Positions 47,275-58,163 are shown, counted from the stretch's first letter. The stretch: 64,000 nt of DNA from Chthonomonadales bacterium (GCA_037443035.1 JBBIPC010000013.1:1-64000), one strand, 5' to 3'. A program made the numbers and translations. Notes: generated by a model not told the origin, from the sequence alone.

Positions 47275-49955
47275 CAGCGCCTCCTCGGCCCGAGCTGGAT
47301 ATCGTCCAGATAGAAGATCCCCGGACCGTCGGCATCGGCCACGAAACCGTACCAATAGAGCGACCTGAATTCGGGATTGCACGGGAGTCCCGTGAACCGA
47401 AGCGGCGCCGTGCGCCCGGGCAGGCGGATCACCAGATCCCATTTGCCATCTGCGCTGTTCCCCAGCTTGCAGGCGATCTCCACCTGGAACCAGACCCCGT
47501 AGGGAACGCTCAAGAGCTTCTTGCCCGCGGCCAACAGCGAACCGTCTGCAGACACCCGGAGCGAGGGACCGACGCGATAGGGACTGGCGTTGTCGCGCCA
47601 TTCGTGATAGAAGACCGTGCCTGGTTCCAGGCGAATGCTGAAACGGCCGAGAAGTTGGCCAGACGTGAATCCGGGTGTATAGAAGAAGTGCGGATTGTAG
47701 TTGGCTGCGAGTCCGGCTGCATCCACGACTTCGAGGGAATGCCTACCGCTGGCGGCAGTCTTGTCGGTAACCCGGATCTGCGCCGGCGCCTTCTCCTCGA
47801 ACACCATGGCTCCAGCCGGTTTCGATCCCACCGGGTGATCCTCGAAATCCTGAGAAATGGCCTGGGGACGCACCTCGGCCGCCGTCGGTGGGTACGCGCG
47901 GGGAAGTACCACGGCCTCGCTCTTGCTCAATCCGATGCCGATCCTGCCCGCTTTGGTGTAGTCGAAAGGCACGAACCCAATCTTATGAGCGGGCGAACCA
48001 TCCTTCAGTCGGAAATCCAGCTTTGCGGGGTTCACGAACAGTGGGTCGGCCACGATCGAGTCCACGTCTTGCCCCTTGGCGCGCCACGCGTCCAGGTTCA
48101 TGCCGGCGAACGTGAACGGTTCGCCATCCGCCCTCCAGTAGAGGTTATGGTCGAGTCTGAAGTTATCCCCCGACCAGTTGGAGGCCAGCAGCTCTCCCGT
48201 GGTCCAGTAGACGATGTTGCGCTCGAAGGTGAACGAGAGATGCTCTTCCGCACGCGTACGCATCAACTGGCTCTCACGGTTCAGGGCGAAAATGTTGTTG
48301 CGGACGATGTTGTCGCGGCCGTAGTGCTGATGGAATCCGGCGCTCTTGCATCTGTAGACGAGGTTATTCTCCGCGAGCATGCCGGTGGTGCCTTCGTCGA
48401 AGTAGATCCCCCAGCCGCCGTAAGTAGCGCTTTCTACATCGTGAAACACGTTGAATCGCTGCACGGAACCAGGCGCCAGACCCAGGGTGTAGGTCGCGCC
48501 CATGTCGCTCAGGACGCCCTGCCCAATATCGTGGACGTGGTTGTACTCCAGCGTGTTATGATGCGAGTCGGTCGGTGCATAACCCCAAGACCAACCTACC
48601 GAGATACCCGTGTAGTAGAGATCGCAGATTTCATTCTGCGCGACGGTGTTGTAAGGAGACGCACCGATCCACACCCCGATCCCTGCCGGATGCAATCGTC
48701 CTCCGTGAGCGATGAGGCAGTTCCTTACCGCATTCCACCCCGGGAGCAGATCCTGGTCTGGATGGCCGCTCGTCTCCCCCAGCTTCACGCCACCAGCCCC
48801 CATGTCAATGATGGTGCAGTTCTCCACGACATCGTGTTGACAGCCGCGGCCTAGATCGATGCCGTAGCCACCGACGTGCTTCAGTGTGCAACCTTCCAGC
48901 CTACAATGCTTCGCGCCAGTCCCGCGAATCGCCCCACCGATGGGCCACTCCGCCTGGGCAGCTTGATAGCCCTCCGGCGGTGTGACCCAGTTCGTGTGGG
49001 CGAACGTGAGCCCGCGGATCTCGACGTACTGCACCCACTTCTTCGCTTGGACATCACCTCGAAACTCGAGCAAGTACTCGAGACGCGGTGCCCAGACCTC
49101 GGCCTTCGTAGGCTGCTCACCAGCCTTGGGCAGATAGGTCAAGACCCCGGACTTGCGGTCCAAATACCATTGGCCCGGCTCTGTGAGTGCCTCCTCGACG
49201 TTTTCTACAATATAACGCTGCCCGGCCTGGAAGGCGAAGTACCATTGGTCGCTCAAGGTTGGCGCAACGAACCGCACAGTCTTCTGCTCCGCCTCCACCT
49301 CGGCGATCCGCATGCGCGCCATGGTCCAGCTCTGGAAGCACAGCACGTGGACGTCGTCGAGGTTGTGCCAGTCCGGTCGGATGTCTTGGCCGGCGAACCG
49401 AAAACGGTCGAAGCCCTTGCCCTGAGCCGCAGGAGAGGGCGGCACGGCAGCTTCGATGAAGTAGTAGCCGTTCTTCGGCAGCCGCGGTCGGTATCGGCGC
49501 TGACCATTGACGAAGAGCTGCTCGAAGTACCACTTCCCATCCCGGACATCGGGCAACGTGAGCATCCACTTCCCACTCTGGACCTTCCAGCCAGAGAGTT
49601 TCACGCCGCCGCTGAATACGGGCTTCTCCCCTGGGTAGGCGGCTATGACCGTCGGGTTGCCCTCGGTACCGCTCATGGATGGGTCCACCACGATCGGCCG
49701 TTCCAGCACGTATGTGCCTTTCCGAATCAAGATGGTGATGCTTCTCTGGCCACCGACCTGACTCCGCAGGGCTGCCGCAGCGTCCACAGCCCTTTGCAGC
49801 GTGCGAAACGGTCCATCCGTACGATCTCGTTTCGGCGTCGAGAGTCTGCCCGACCAGGCGTCGTTGCCGCTGGGAGATACATAGAAGTCCGCCGTAGGTT
49901 GCTGTGTTGGGAGTGAGTTCATGAGTAGCATGGTCAGGATCGCCGTGTGTAACAA
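47274..49955 (-). CDS. Secreted right-handed beta-helix protein with C-terminal lectin-like domain
   Basis: FYVSPSGNDAWSG, PFRTL, YTGISVGWSWG, GWGIYFDEG, FHQHYG. Confidence 0.8.
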   Translation of the reverse strand: MLHTAILTMLLMNSLPTQQPTADFYVSPSGNDAWSGRLSTPKRDRTDGPFRTLQRAVDAAAALRSQVGGQRSITILIRKGTYVLERPIVVDPSMSGTEGNPTVIAAYPGEKPVFSGGVKLSGWKVQSGKWMLTLPDVRDGKWYFEQLFVNGQRRYRPRLPKNGYYFIEAAVPPSPAAQGKGFDRFRFAGQDIRPDWHNLDDVHVLCFQSWTMARMRIAEVEAEQKTVRFVAPTLSDQWYFAFQAGQRYIVENVEEALTEPGQWYLDRKSGVLTYLPKAGEQPTKAEVWAPRLEYLLEFRGDVQAKKWVQYVEIRGLTFAHTNWVTPPEGYQAAQAEWPIGGAIRGTGAKHCRLEGCTLKHVGGYGIDLGRGCQHDVVENCTIIDMGAGGVKLGETSGHPDQDLLPGWNAVRNCLIAHGGRLHPAGIGVWIGASPYNTVAQNEICDLYYTGISVGWSWGYAPTDSHHNTLEYNHVHDIGQGVLSDMGATYTLGLAPGSVQRFNVFHDVESATYGGWGIYFDEGTTGMLAENNLVYRCKSAGFHQHYGRDNIVRNNIFALNRESQLMRTRAEEHLSFTFERNIVYWTTGELLASNWSGDNFRLDHNLYWRADGEPFTFAGMNLDAWRAKGQDVDSIVADPLFVNPAKLDFRLKDGSPAHKIGFVPFDYTKAGRIGIGLSKSEAVVLPRAYPPTAAEVRPQAISQDFEDHPVGSKPAGAMVFEEKAPAQIRVTDKTAASGRHSLEVVDAAGLAANYNPHFFYTPGFTSGQLLGRFSIRLEPGTVFYHEWRDNASPYRVGPSLRVSADGSLLAAGKKLLSVPYGVWFQVEIACKLGNSADGKWDLVIRLPGRTAPLRFTGLPCNPEFRSLYWYGFVADADGPGIFYLDDIQLGPRRR

Positions 49956-50029
49956 AGGCTGTCCTCCTCTTTGCAGTTCCGAACGATGTTACCTGAAGTA
50001 CCCGCGCCTCTGGGGAGATGCCTGGGACG

Positions 50030-50836
50030 CTACTTGTGAGCTACGTTCAGATGATGCTCGCGGTCGCCTACCATGACTTTGACGGTCCGGACCGACTGGA
50101 ACCCGGCGTTCGTACACGCCGTCACGAAGTCCTCCCAGGTCCACTCCATAGTACTTCGGATGGCGGCGGTCTCCAGGCGCACGGCATGGTTCTCGTGGAT
50201 GACGAAAAGAAAGTTCTCGATGATAGCCAGCTCTTCACGATCGCGGGCTACGACGAGCGTCATGTGAATACCGCCATGCCCGTAGTTGGCACGTATCTGG
50301 AACCGTGGCGCGGCCGTCCAGGCATGGTTGGCACGTTGGACGCGGTCTTCAGGACGCGACCACTGATCGATTCCCGTGAAGACCACTATCCCTCCCGGCT
50401 TCAGCACCTCTGCGAAGTGGCGGAAAGAGAACCGAAGCTCGTTGATGCTGGTGATCCACGCAGTAGCATCGGTGACGACAGCATCGAAGGTACCAGGAAA
50501 TCGGTCGCTGAGATCGTCCCATGGGCAGACCTCGAGCCGAATGGGCGCGTTGCCGAACTCGGCCAGCTCCTTCGCATGCTTGATCGCTACAGGGCTGATA
50601 TCGGTGGCGGTGACGTCGAAGCCGGCTTCTTGGAGCAGGATGGCGCGCAGTCCCAGGCCGCAGTTGCAGTCGAGAACGCTGCGGACGTTGTACTGACGTA
50701 GGAGCTCGCGCAAGATGGGCACGCGACGTGCCGGGCGCCCCTCCGGGTGTTCGGGGTCGCGGTAGTGCGGCTGCCACAATGCCCGACGGAACCAGTGCCA
50801 CTTCCAGATGACGTCCCAGTCCTCACTCGAGTTCAT
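50030..50836 (-). CDS. Class I SAM-dependent methyltransferase
   Basis: VLDCNCGLG, TDIS, FDAV, LKPGG. Confidence 0.85.
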   Translation of the reverse strand: MNSSEDWDVIWKWHWFRRALWQPHYRDPEHPEGRPARRVPILRELLRQYNVRSVLDCNCGLGLRAILLQEAGFDVTATDISPVAIKHAKELAEFGNAPIRLEVCPWDDLSDRFPGTFDAVVTDATAWITSINELRFSFRHFAEVLKPGGIVVFTGIDQWSRPEDRVQRANHAWTAAPRFQIRANYGHGGIHMTLVVARDREELAIIENFLFVIHENHAVRLETAAIRSTMEWTWEDFVTACTNAGFQSVRTVKVMVGDREHHLNVAHK

Positions 50837-50945
50837 GGTAGGCCCCTTTCCACGAGTCTACACCATCTTCGATGCAGACCACATGAATCCTCCCTTAGCA
50901 TCGCGCCGAGGGGCCCGAGCAGGTATCCTGGAGGGGCTATCGCAC

Positions 50946-51716
50946 ATGGAGTTCTCGGCCTCCCAATGGGTGCTCGGCGGAATCGCCGCACTCTTCATCG
51001 GTTTCTCCAAGACGGGCATGCCAGGAGCTGGCATTCTCGTCGTCCCATTGTTGGCAGCGGCGTTCGGCGGCCGTCAGAGTGTCGGCACCATGCTTCCCAT
51101 GCTCCTGATGGCGGACATCTTCGCGGTATGGTGGTACCGGCGTAGTGCTCAGTGGGACCGCCTCCTTCTTCTGGCACCCTGGGTCGCCGTGGGAATGGTC
51201 CTGGGCGCCGTCGTTCTCAAGCTCACGGGTGACGCTGGTCCCGGGAAAGACCGGATGGACCAGCTTATCGGCGCCCTCGTGCTCCTCATGCTGGCGCTGC
51301 ATGTAGTGCGGCTTCGTATGGGAGACCGGCTGACGCCTCACTCCAAGGGCGCAGTGGCTGCGGTTGGCACCAGCGCCGGATTCACTACGACGGCATCGAA
51401 CGCCGCTGGCCCGATCATGACCATCTATCTTCAGGCAATGGGCATGCCCAAGGCACAGTTCATGGGCACCACGGCATGGTTCTTCTTCCTCGTGAACGCA
51501 GCCAAGCTGCCGGTCTTCCTCGCTCTAAGTATCGCCAATCCAGCCAATCCCATCATGAATGGCCGAACGCTGACTGCCGACCTCTTGCTGAGCCCGTTCA
51601 TCGTCCTCGGCGCAGTATCCGGCAAATGGCTTCTGCACCGGATTCCGCAGAAGCTGTTCGATACGCTCGTCCTCGTCCTCTCGGCCGTGGCAGCCGTCCG
51701 GCTAGTCCTCCGCTGA
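50946..51716 (+). CDS. TauE/SafE-family membrane exporter
   Basis: GFSKTGMPG, NAAGPIM, FFLVNAAKLP; multiple TM helices. Confidence 0.88.
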   Translation: MEFSASQWVLGGIAALFIGFSKTGMPGAGILVVPLLAAAFGGRQSVGTMLPMLLMADIFAVWWYRRSAQWDRLLLLAPWVAVGMVLGAVVLKLTGDAGPGKDRMDQLIGALVLLMLALHVVRLRMGDRLTPHSKGAVAAVGTSAGFTTTASNAAGPIMTIYLQAMGMPKAQFMGTTAWFFFLVNAAKLPVFLALSIANPANPIMNGRTLTADLLLSPFIVLGAVSGKWLLHRIPQKLFDTLVLVLSAVAAVRLVLR

Positions 51717-51731
51717 GGGTCCACCCGTCGG

Positions 51732-53675
51732 TCAGACAAGATCATCCACATCGAACAGTTCGAGCACCCCGGGCAGCAGGATGCCCTTGATTCCGCGGGA
51801 ATCGTAGTGCCGGTCGCGAATCCACTCCGCGAAGCGTGGGAGGGGTCCTTCCACGTCCAGCCCGCCAACGCGGTCATCAACGAACGCCGCCAGGATGCCG
51901 TATAGGCACTCCCGTCCCGCTTTGCCGTCGGCGAAGATGCGCACATCCGGGGCCAGGTCGAACTCGACAAGCAGGTCCACGGCCCGCAGTACGTCGTAGG
52001 TTCTGAGTGCGGCCAGGCTATCTCCTATCCACGTCAGGTCGTCCGCGAGCTTGTGGATGACGCCGTAGAACTCCAGAGGGGCGCAACTTGCCAGCAAGGA
52101 ATGAGGGGCGAGGGCGCCGACACCAGCAACGTCCAGCACCAACACGCTCCGGCCGTCTCCGACGGTCTTCCGTATCCACGCAAGATGGCTCTGCAGGGAG
52201 CACGTTCCGCCATCCCACACCGCCAGTGTGGTAGGCAATCCGACTCCGTCGGATCCCATCGGCCGGAACTGCACGCCATGGCCCATGAGATCGGGCTGGG
52301 ACCACCATATCCGCGCATCGGCGTGCAGGTCGCCCACAGTGCCGGACCAGTAGGTTCGGGGGTTGAGATCGCATGGCTTCCGATGGGACCGGACGAGGTG
52401 GAGAATGTAATCTCGCGCGGCTTGGCGGCGATCCGCCAATGACTGGGCTGAACGTGCTTGCTCCAAGGCCGCCAGCCGTGCAGCGCATGACTCGAAGACC
52501 GCAGAGGCAGCCGGAATATCCGCGCGAACCTGCCCTGACTTGGTGCATCGCACGTCGGCTTCTGGGAACGGCGTCGTCGCGGCGTAGTCTGGCTCCACAC
52601 CGCGACCCTGCAGATGCTCCGCGAAGAAGCGTGCCGCCGCCATAGCCAGAGTCGGTGTGTACGCATGGTCCGACCGATCCTCCACGAGCATGGGCTGGTC
52701 GCTCACGCCGAACGCTTCCCAGATGTGCCGGCAACGCTGCACGGTCCGGCGCGTACCCTCGATGGGGAAGAAGTCGTCGGTGACAGCCAGGACACACACC
52801 GGCCGCGGCGCCATGGCGATGAGCACGTCCTCATGATCGTAGCCAGCAGCCGTGAAGCCTGGCCAGATCTGCTCGGCATCCTGTGCTCCGCCGCTGTACA
52901 TGTACGTCTGCCGATTCATGATGAACGTTCCTGGCGCCGCAGCAGCGATACGGGGGTCCGTGAGCATGAGCAGGCAGGATTGCGTCCCTCCCCCCGAGTT
53001 GCCCGTAAGACCGATGCGGCGGGTGTCTACGTCGGGACGGCTGCAAAGATAGTCCAGGCTCCGCATCGCGTCATGGAGCAAGAACCGCGCGAGAGACCAC
53101 CCGAGGGGAACGCACTGTGCCCCGGCATGGTCGTGCTCCAGAGTGCATGCTCCCACCGTTGCACCACCGATGCGCGGATCCCAGTAACTCAGCCGTTCTC
53201 CTTGCCCGATGGGATCCTGGGCCAGCACGATGAAGCCCGTCTTCGCAAGCAGTTGGCAGACCCGCTGGTATTCCGGGTACGCCTTCCCCTGGACCGCGTG
53301 ACCGCACAAGAACAACACGGCCGGTGCTGGTGTCTCGCAGTCATTGGGAAGGTACAGGAGGCTCGTGACGAAGTGCCCTGGTCGGCTCTCGTAGATCAGC
53401 TTCTCGATGCGGAAGCCGTCTCCCTTCAACTCGCCAGTCACTCGGGGCTCGATGGCCCCCGTGTCATCAGGCAGGCCACCGATGGAAGCAATGAAGAACT
53501 CGCGCAGACGCGCCTGACGTTCGCGAATCCCGTCCGGCGATGTCAGCGAGTCCCGCTGGGCATCGCCTATCTGGAAACACGTCTCCGCCCTTCGATAGAT
53601 GTGCCACTTGAGCTGGTCTCGAACGTCGAAGAACCAGTCACCCGGCGATAACCGTTCCAGTTGCTCGATCGTCAT
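51732..53675 (-). CDS. Alpha/beta-hydrolase, acetylxylan esterase-like
   Basis: LCGH, DPIGQGER, GNSGGG nucleophile elbow, DFFPIEG; SD GGAGG before ATG 53675. Confidence 0.8.
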   Translation of the reverse strand: MTIEQLERLSPGDWFFDVRDQLKWHIYRRAETCFQIGDAQRDSLTSPDGIRERQARLREFFIASIGGLPDDTGAIEPRVTGELKGDGFRIEKLIYESRPGHFVTSLLYLPNDCETPAPAVLFLCGHAVQGKAYPEYQRVCQLLAKTGFIVLAQDPIGQGERLSYWDPRIGGATVGACTLEHDHAGAQCVPLGWSLARFLLHDAMRSLDYLCSRPDVDTRRIGLTGNSGGGTQSCLLMLTDPRIAAAAPGTFIMNRQTYMYSGGAQDAEQIWPGFTAAGYDHEDVLIAMAPRPVCVLAVTDDFFPIEGTRRTVQRCRHIWEAFGVSDQPMLVEDRSDHAYTPTLAMAAARFFAEHLQGRGVEPDYAATTPFPEADVRCTKSGQVRADIPAASAVFESCAARLAALEQARSAQSLADRRQAARDYILHLVRSHRKPCDLNPRTYWSGTVGDLHADARIWWSQPDLMGHGVQFRPMGSDGVGLPTTLAVWDGGTCSLQSHLAWIRKTVGDGRSVLVLDVAGVGALAPHSLLASCAPLEFYGVIHKLADDLTWIGDSLAALRTYDVLRAVDLLVEFDLAPDVRIFADGKAGRECLYGILAAFVDDRVGGLDVEGPLPRFAEWIRDRHYDSRGIKGILLPGVLELFDVDDLV

Positions 53676-53800
53676 AGCCCTCGTCCTCCTGACAAGCTTC
53701 GTCCCTTCGCGCCATGTTTCGGCTCTCCGTGACACACTACCTGCCGCCCTCGAGGACTCTGACGGGACCTAACTGCGGTTCTGGTAGAATCTTCTCGAAC

Positions 53801-56401
53801 ATGAGACTGAACAACCCGTGGCACCAGACAGTGTGGGGCTGGACCCTTGCCGCGACGCTCTGCGCGCTGTGGCTCGGCACCGCCGTCGTGGCCCAGACAA
53901 GCAGACAGTCTGCCGCCCCAGGGGCCCAGAATCCTGCGCAGTCCACCGCGGCGAAGGCGGACCGCCTATTCGAACGTGCTCTTACGGCCCATCGGGCAGG
54001 CGATGCGGCCACCGCTATTGCTCTGTACAAGCAGGTCCTGGGGCTCATGCCCAACTCCTACGCAGCGCATCTCAACATAGCCCTGCTGTATCGAGCTCGG
54101 AATGCGAACAAGGAAGCCGAAGACCACTTGTTGAAGGCGGCAGCCGCGGACCCGAAGAGCAGCGTCCCACCATCCCAACTGGCCGTCCTCTATTTGGAAA
54201 CGCGTCGTCTCGCCGAGGCTCGTCGTCAGGCCCAGCGCGCCATCCAGCTCGACCCAAAGAACGGTCAGGCCCACTTCGCTCTTGCCGGATGTCTCGTCGC
54301 TGCTAAGGACCTGACCGGCGCAGAGAAGGAGTACCGGCTCGCAGCGCGCTACGCTCCGAACAGTGCACCCGCCCATTACAACCTCGGCACCGTACTCGCG
54401 GCCAGGGGCAAGCTGGACGAAGCGCTCGATTCGCTGCGCGATGCCATTCGCCTGGATCCGCAGATGGGAGCCGCCCACCTCGCTGTGGGCAGCATCCTCT
54501 ATCGCAAGAAGAACTACAAAGGCGCCATCACAGCTTACAGCCGAGCGGCCGATCTCATGCCGTCCAGTGCAACCGCGTACTACAACCTCGGACTCGCGCA
54601 GCAGGCACTAGGCGAAGCTGGCGATCGCAGAAGGACCAACGATGCCATCACGAGCTTCCTCAAGACCCTCGAGCTCGCGCCGAAGTCGTTTCCTGCGCGC
54701 TTCAGTCTCGCGCGCCTGTATTACACGATCCGGAACTACCCGCAGGCTGTCGTGCACTTTCGGGAAGCCTTGAAACTCGCGCCCACGGATGTCAAGCTTC
54801 TCGTGGATACCGCCATCGCCGAGACATGGGCATCCCAGAGCGCGACCGACCAAGCGCGACGCAAGGAGTACCAAGCTGCAGCGGAGCGGCGGTACAAACA
54901 GGCCTTGTCCAGCAACCCGCCACGCAACGCCTATGTGGGGCTGGGATTCCTCTATGAGCAGATGGGCCGCACGGACGAGGCCGTCAAGGTCTACACCGCA
55001 TGGACCCAGAAGATGCCCAGGGACGCCGGCGCTTATTCGGCCCTCGGCCGTCTGCTCCAATCGCAGAAAAAGGAACAGCAGGCCATCGCCGCTTACGAAC
55101 GGGCCATAGCGCTGGCGCCACGAGATCCTGCCGCCTATACGGCTCTCGGCTCGCTGTACGAAGGCCAGCAGAAAACGGACCGAGCCATCGATGTCTACCG
55201 CCGACTTGCCGCAGCCACGCCGGGCAAGCCCGACGCCGACCGGCTGCTGGCACAGCTCTACCTCAAGACGAACAAGACCCAGGAGGCCATCCAGGCTCTT
55301 GAACGCCTGAAGAAGTCGGCACCCACGGACACCTATCCTTACTCCGCCCTGGCCGGCTTGTACGAGCGGGATCAGCAGTACGACAAGGCCGAGCGAGAGT
55401 ACCGCGGTTGGCTCCGTGTCGCACCCAAAGACATCTACGTGAAGTCCAGCGTCGCCCGCATGTTGGAGCGCCAGGGCAAACTGGACGAGGCCATCACCGT
55501 CTACAGGGAACTGGAGAAGGACCATCCCGACGATACGGTGTACGTAGCGAACATCCCGCGCCTATTGGATCTGCAGGGCAAGACGGATGAGGCAATCGCA
55601 GAGTGGCGGCGCCTATGCGAGCGCTCTCCCCAGGCTGTGTCGTTCCGCAATGGCCTGGGCATGATGCTGGAAAAACAGCAACGATGGGCAGAAGCCATCG
55701 CTGAGTACGCCAAGGCGGTGGGTTCGACACCCAACGACTCATGGCTCTGGCTGAAGATCGGCAACGCGTATATCCAGATGAACAACCTGCCGGAGGCGCG
55801 CACCGCCCTGGAGAAAGCACTGGAGAAGCAACCCGATAATGCCGAGGCTCTCTCCAAACTCGCTACCGTCTACGACCGGGAGAAGCGCCCTGATCTCTGG
55901 ATCAACTACCTTCAGACGCTTCTCGAGAAGCGCCCAGACAACGCTGGCGCGCTGACCCGCTACGAAACGGCCTGCAGTGCCGCGGGACGCCAGGCCGATA
56001 TGCTCGCGTTTCTCTCCAGCCTGAAAGACCGGCCAGGGACGGGGCGGACCTTCCTCCAGGGATACGCCGGCATCCTAACACGCGCTGGCAAGCAGGAGGA
56101 AGCACTGGAAGTGCGCAAGCGCATCGCACGAGAGAATCCCGACGATGTCTCCACGCGCCTGCTCATCGCCGACTACTACGCAGGAGCCGGGCGGCTTCCC
56201 GAGGAGATCTCCGTCTACGAGGAAATCGTCAAGGCTCGTGGCCTTCCTCCGGCGGGGATGGCGATCCACCGGATGAAGCTTGGCTCCCTCTACGAGAAGA
56301 ACGGTCAGAAGGCCCAGGCCATCGAGCAGTACCGGGAGATCCTCAAAGCTGACCCCAATCACGCAGCCGCCAAGGAAGCGCTCCAGAGGCTGGGCGGTTG
56401 A
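53801..56401 (+). CDS. Large secreted TPR-repeat protein
   Basis: Signal peptide followed by many TPR motifs (AHYNLG...A...DP). Confidence 0.88.
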   Translation: MRLNNPWHQTVWGWTLAATLCALWLGTAVVAQTSRQSAAPGAQNPAQSTAAKADRLFERALTAHRAGDAATAIALYKQVLGLMPNSYAAHLNIALLYRARNANKEAEDHLLKAAAADPKSSVPPSQLAVLYLETRRLAEARRQAQRAIQLDPKNGQAHFALAGCLVAAKDLTGAEKEYRLAARYAPNSAPAHYNLGTVLAARGKLDEALDSLRDAIRLDPQMGAAHLAVGSILYRKKNYKGAITAYSRAADLMPSSATAYYNLGLAQQALGEAGDRRRTNDAITSFLKTLELAPKSFPARFSLARLYYTIRNYPQAVVHFREALKLAPTDVKLLVDTAIAETWASQSATDQARRKEYQAAAERRYKQALSSNPPRNAYVGLGFLYEQMGRTDEAVKVYTAWTQKMPRDAGAYSALGRLLQSQKKEQQAIAAYERAIALAPRDPAAYTALGSLYEGQQKTDRAIDVYRRLAAATPGKPDADRLLAQLYLKTNKTQEAIQALERLKKSAPTDTYPYSALAGLYERDQQYDKAEREYRGWLRVAPKDIYVKSSVARMLERQGKLDEAITVYRELEKDHPDDTVYVANIPRLLDLQGKTDEAIAEWRRLCERSPQAVSFRNGLGMMLEKQQRWAEAIAEYAKAVGSTPNDSWLWLKIGNAYIQMNNLPEARTALEKALEKQPDNAEALSKLATVYDREKRPDLWINYLQTLLEKRPDNAGALTRYETACSAAGRQADMLAFLSSLKDRPGTGRTFLQGYAGILTRAGKQEEALEVRKRIARENPDDVSTRLLIADYYAGAGRLPEEISVYEEIVKARGLPPAGMAIHRMKLGSLYEKNGQKAQAIEQYREILKADPNHAAAKEALQRLGG

Positions 56402-56438
56402 GAATCAACAGGGATCGGTAATCCTCAGGGAGGAAGAA

Positions 56439-57038
56439 GTGCTGCACTACGCTAGACCTCTCGCAAGGCTCATCGGCGAGCTGGAGAAGCTCCCGGGCAT
56501 CGGCCCCAAGTCGGCCCAGCGGATGGCCTACCACATTCTCCGCGCATCACGGGCCGACGCAGAGGCCCTGGCCGCTGCCATCCTCGAAGTCAAGCAGAAG
56601 ATCCGCTTCTGTAGCGAGTGCTTCAACTTCGCCGAGGAGGAGACGTGCGAAATCTGCCGGGACCCGAAACGACAGACCACCGCCGTATGCGTTGTGGCAG
56701 AACCGCGGGACATCCTGGCCATCGAACGGACCAACGAGTACCGCGGGCTCTATCACGTGCTTCAGGGGGTCATTGCCCCGCAAGACGGCGTCATGCCCGA
56801 TATGCTGCGCATTCGCGAGCTGATTGGCCGGGTCTCCCGGCTGGGGGTGCAAGAGGTCATCGTGGCCACAAATCCCACCGTGGAGGGCGACGCAACAGCG
56901 CTGTACATCGCGAGTCTGCTCAAACCTGCTGGTGTCAGAGTGACGCGATTGGCCCTGGGGCTACCCATCGGCGCGGAGCTGGATTACGCTGATCAGGCTA
57001 CGCTGAGCTCCGCCCTGCAGTGGCGGCGCGATCTCTAA
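56439..57038 (+). CDS. recR: Recombination mediator RecR
   Basis: LPGIGPKSAQR, C4 zinc finger, YHVLQG, ATNPTVEGDATA; GTG start after GGAGG. Confidence 0.97.
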   Translation: MLHYARPLARLIGELEKLPGIGPKSAQRMAYHILRASRADAEALAAAILEVKQKIRFCSECFNFAEEETCEICRDPKRQTTAVCVVAEPRDILAIERTNEYRGLYHVLQGVIAPQDGVMPDMLRIRELIGRVSRLGVQEVIVATNPTVEGDATALYIASLLKPAGVRVTRLALGLPIGAELDYADQATLSSALQWRRDL

Positions 57039-57591
57039 GGCGATCCGAGTTGACGAGATCCTCCAGGATCCACGCGACCGCCTCGCTCAGGTCGGCGCAC
57101 ACGTGATCGGGCGCGACGGGAAACCGCTCTGGCACGTACGCCGGCTCCAGCCCCGATAGAACGAGCACCGTCTTGCATCCGACTGCGGCACCGCACTGGA
57201 TATCCGTGGGCTTGTCCCCGACGAAATAGCTAGCACACAGATCCACGCCCAGCTCCTCGCGTGCTCTCAGGAGCATGCCTGGCAGCGGCTTGCGACAATA
57301 GCAACCTTCCCAGGGCGCGTGGGGACAGTGGTAGATCGCGTCAAAGTGGCCACCAGCCTCCGCCGTCTCATGTCGGAGTTTCTCGTGGATGCGGCTCAGT
57401 CCCGCTTCCGTGAGAAGTCCACGGCCGATACACGACTGGTTTGTCGCCACCACCACACGAACACCGGCTCTGCACAGCGTAGCCACGGCACGGGCGGCCC
57501 CCGGCAGCATCTCGAGTTCGTCTGGAGACGTGACGAAGCCGGGACCGTCCTTGTTCAGAACGCCGTCGCGGTCGAGAAAGACGGCCTTCAC
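56998..57591 (-). CDS. gmhB: D-glycero-D-manno-heptose 1,7-bisphosphate phosphatase (HAD IIIA)
   Basis: FLDRDGVLN, TNQS, CPH...C.CRKP, VGDK. Confidence 0.9.
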   Translation of the reverse strand: MKAVFLDRDGVLNKDGPGFVTSPDELEMLPGAARAVATLCRAGVRVVVATNQSCIGRGLLTEAGLSRIHEKLRHETAEAGGHFDAIYHCPHAPWEGCYCRKPLPGMLLRAREELGVDLCASYFVGDKPTDIQCGAAVGCKTVLVLSGLEPAYVPERFPVAPDHVCADLSEAVAWILEDLVNSDRLRDRAATAGRSSA

Positions 57592-58163
57592 GCCGCGGCT
57601 GCCTTCGGGCGAAGCCTATCCCGGAGTTCAGCGAACACTAAGTGCAGCACCACCATGTGCACATCCTCTATCTGCTGCATGTTCGTGGATTGGACCACCA
57701 GACACTCATCGGTGACTGCAGCGAGCTCTCCCCCCATGAAGCCTGCCATGCCGAAACAGTAGGCGCCCCGGCCTCGGGCAGCCTCCGCCGCACGAAGAAT
57801 GTTCGGAGAATTGCCACTACCGCTGATGGCGATCAGAAGGTCCCCGGGTTCGGCCCAGCACTCCACCTGCGGTGCGTACACGTTCTCGTAGCTCGTGTCG
57901 TTGGCCCACGCGAGAACGAGAGGGGTGCAATCCGACAGGCACATGGCCTTCAGAGGCTTGCCCGTATCCAACTGAATGCACTTCTGCAGGTCGTTGACGA
58001 TGTGCGATGCCGTGGCCGCGCTGCCTCCATTCCCTACCAGAAGCACGCGTCTGCCTTCCCGCCAGCACTCCTCCAGCAAGTCCGTGAGATGGGACAGTTG
58101 CCGTGTGTCAAGGCTCGATAAGAGTGCCTGGAGTTGCTCTATGTAGGCGGCTGGCGTCGGCAT
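57588..58163 (-). CDS. gmhA: Phosphoheptose isomerase-like SIS protein
   Basis: GNGGSAA, AND, ISGSGNSPN, QIEDVH; SD GAGG before ATG 58163. Confidence 0.85.
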   Translation of the reverse strand: MPTPAAYIEQLQALLSSLDTRQLSHLTDLLEECWREGRRVLLVGNGGSAATASHIVNDLQKCIQLDTGKPLKAMCLSDCTPLVLAWANDTSYENVYAPQVECWAEPGDLLIAISGSGNSPNILRAAEAARGRGAYCFGMAGFMGGELAAVTDECLVVQSTNMQQIEDVHMVVLHLVFAELRDRLRPKAAAA

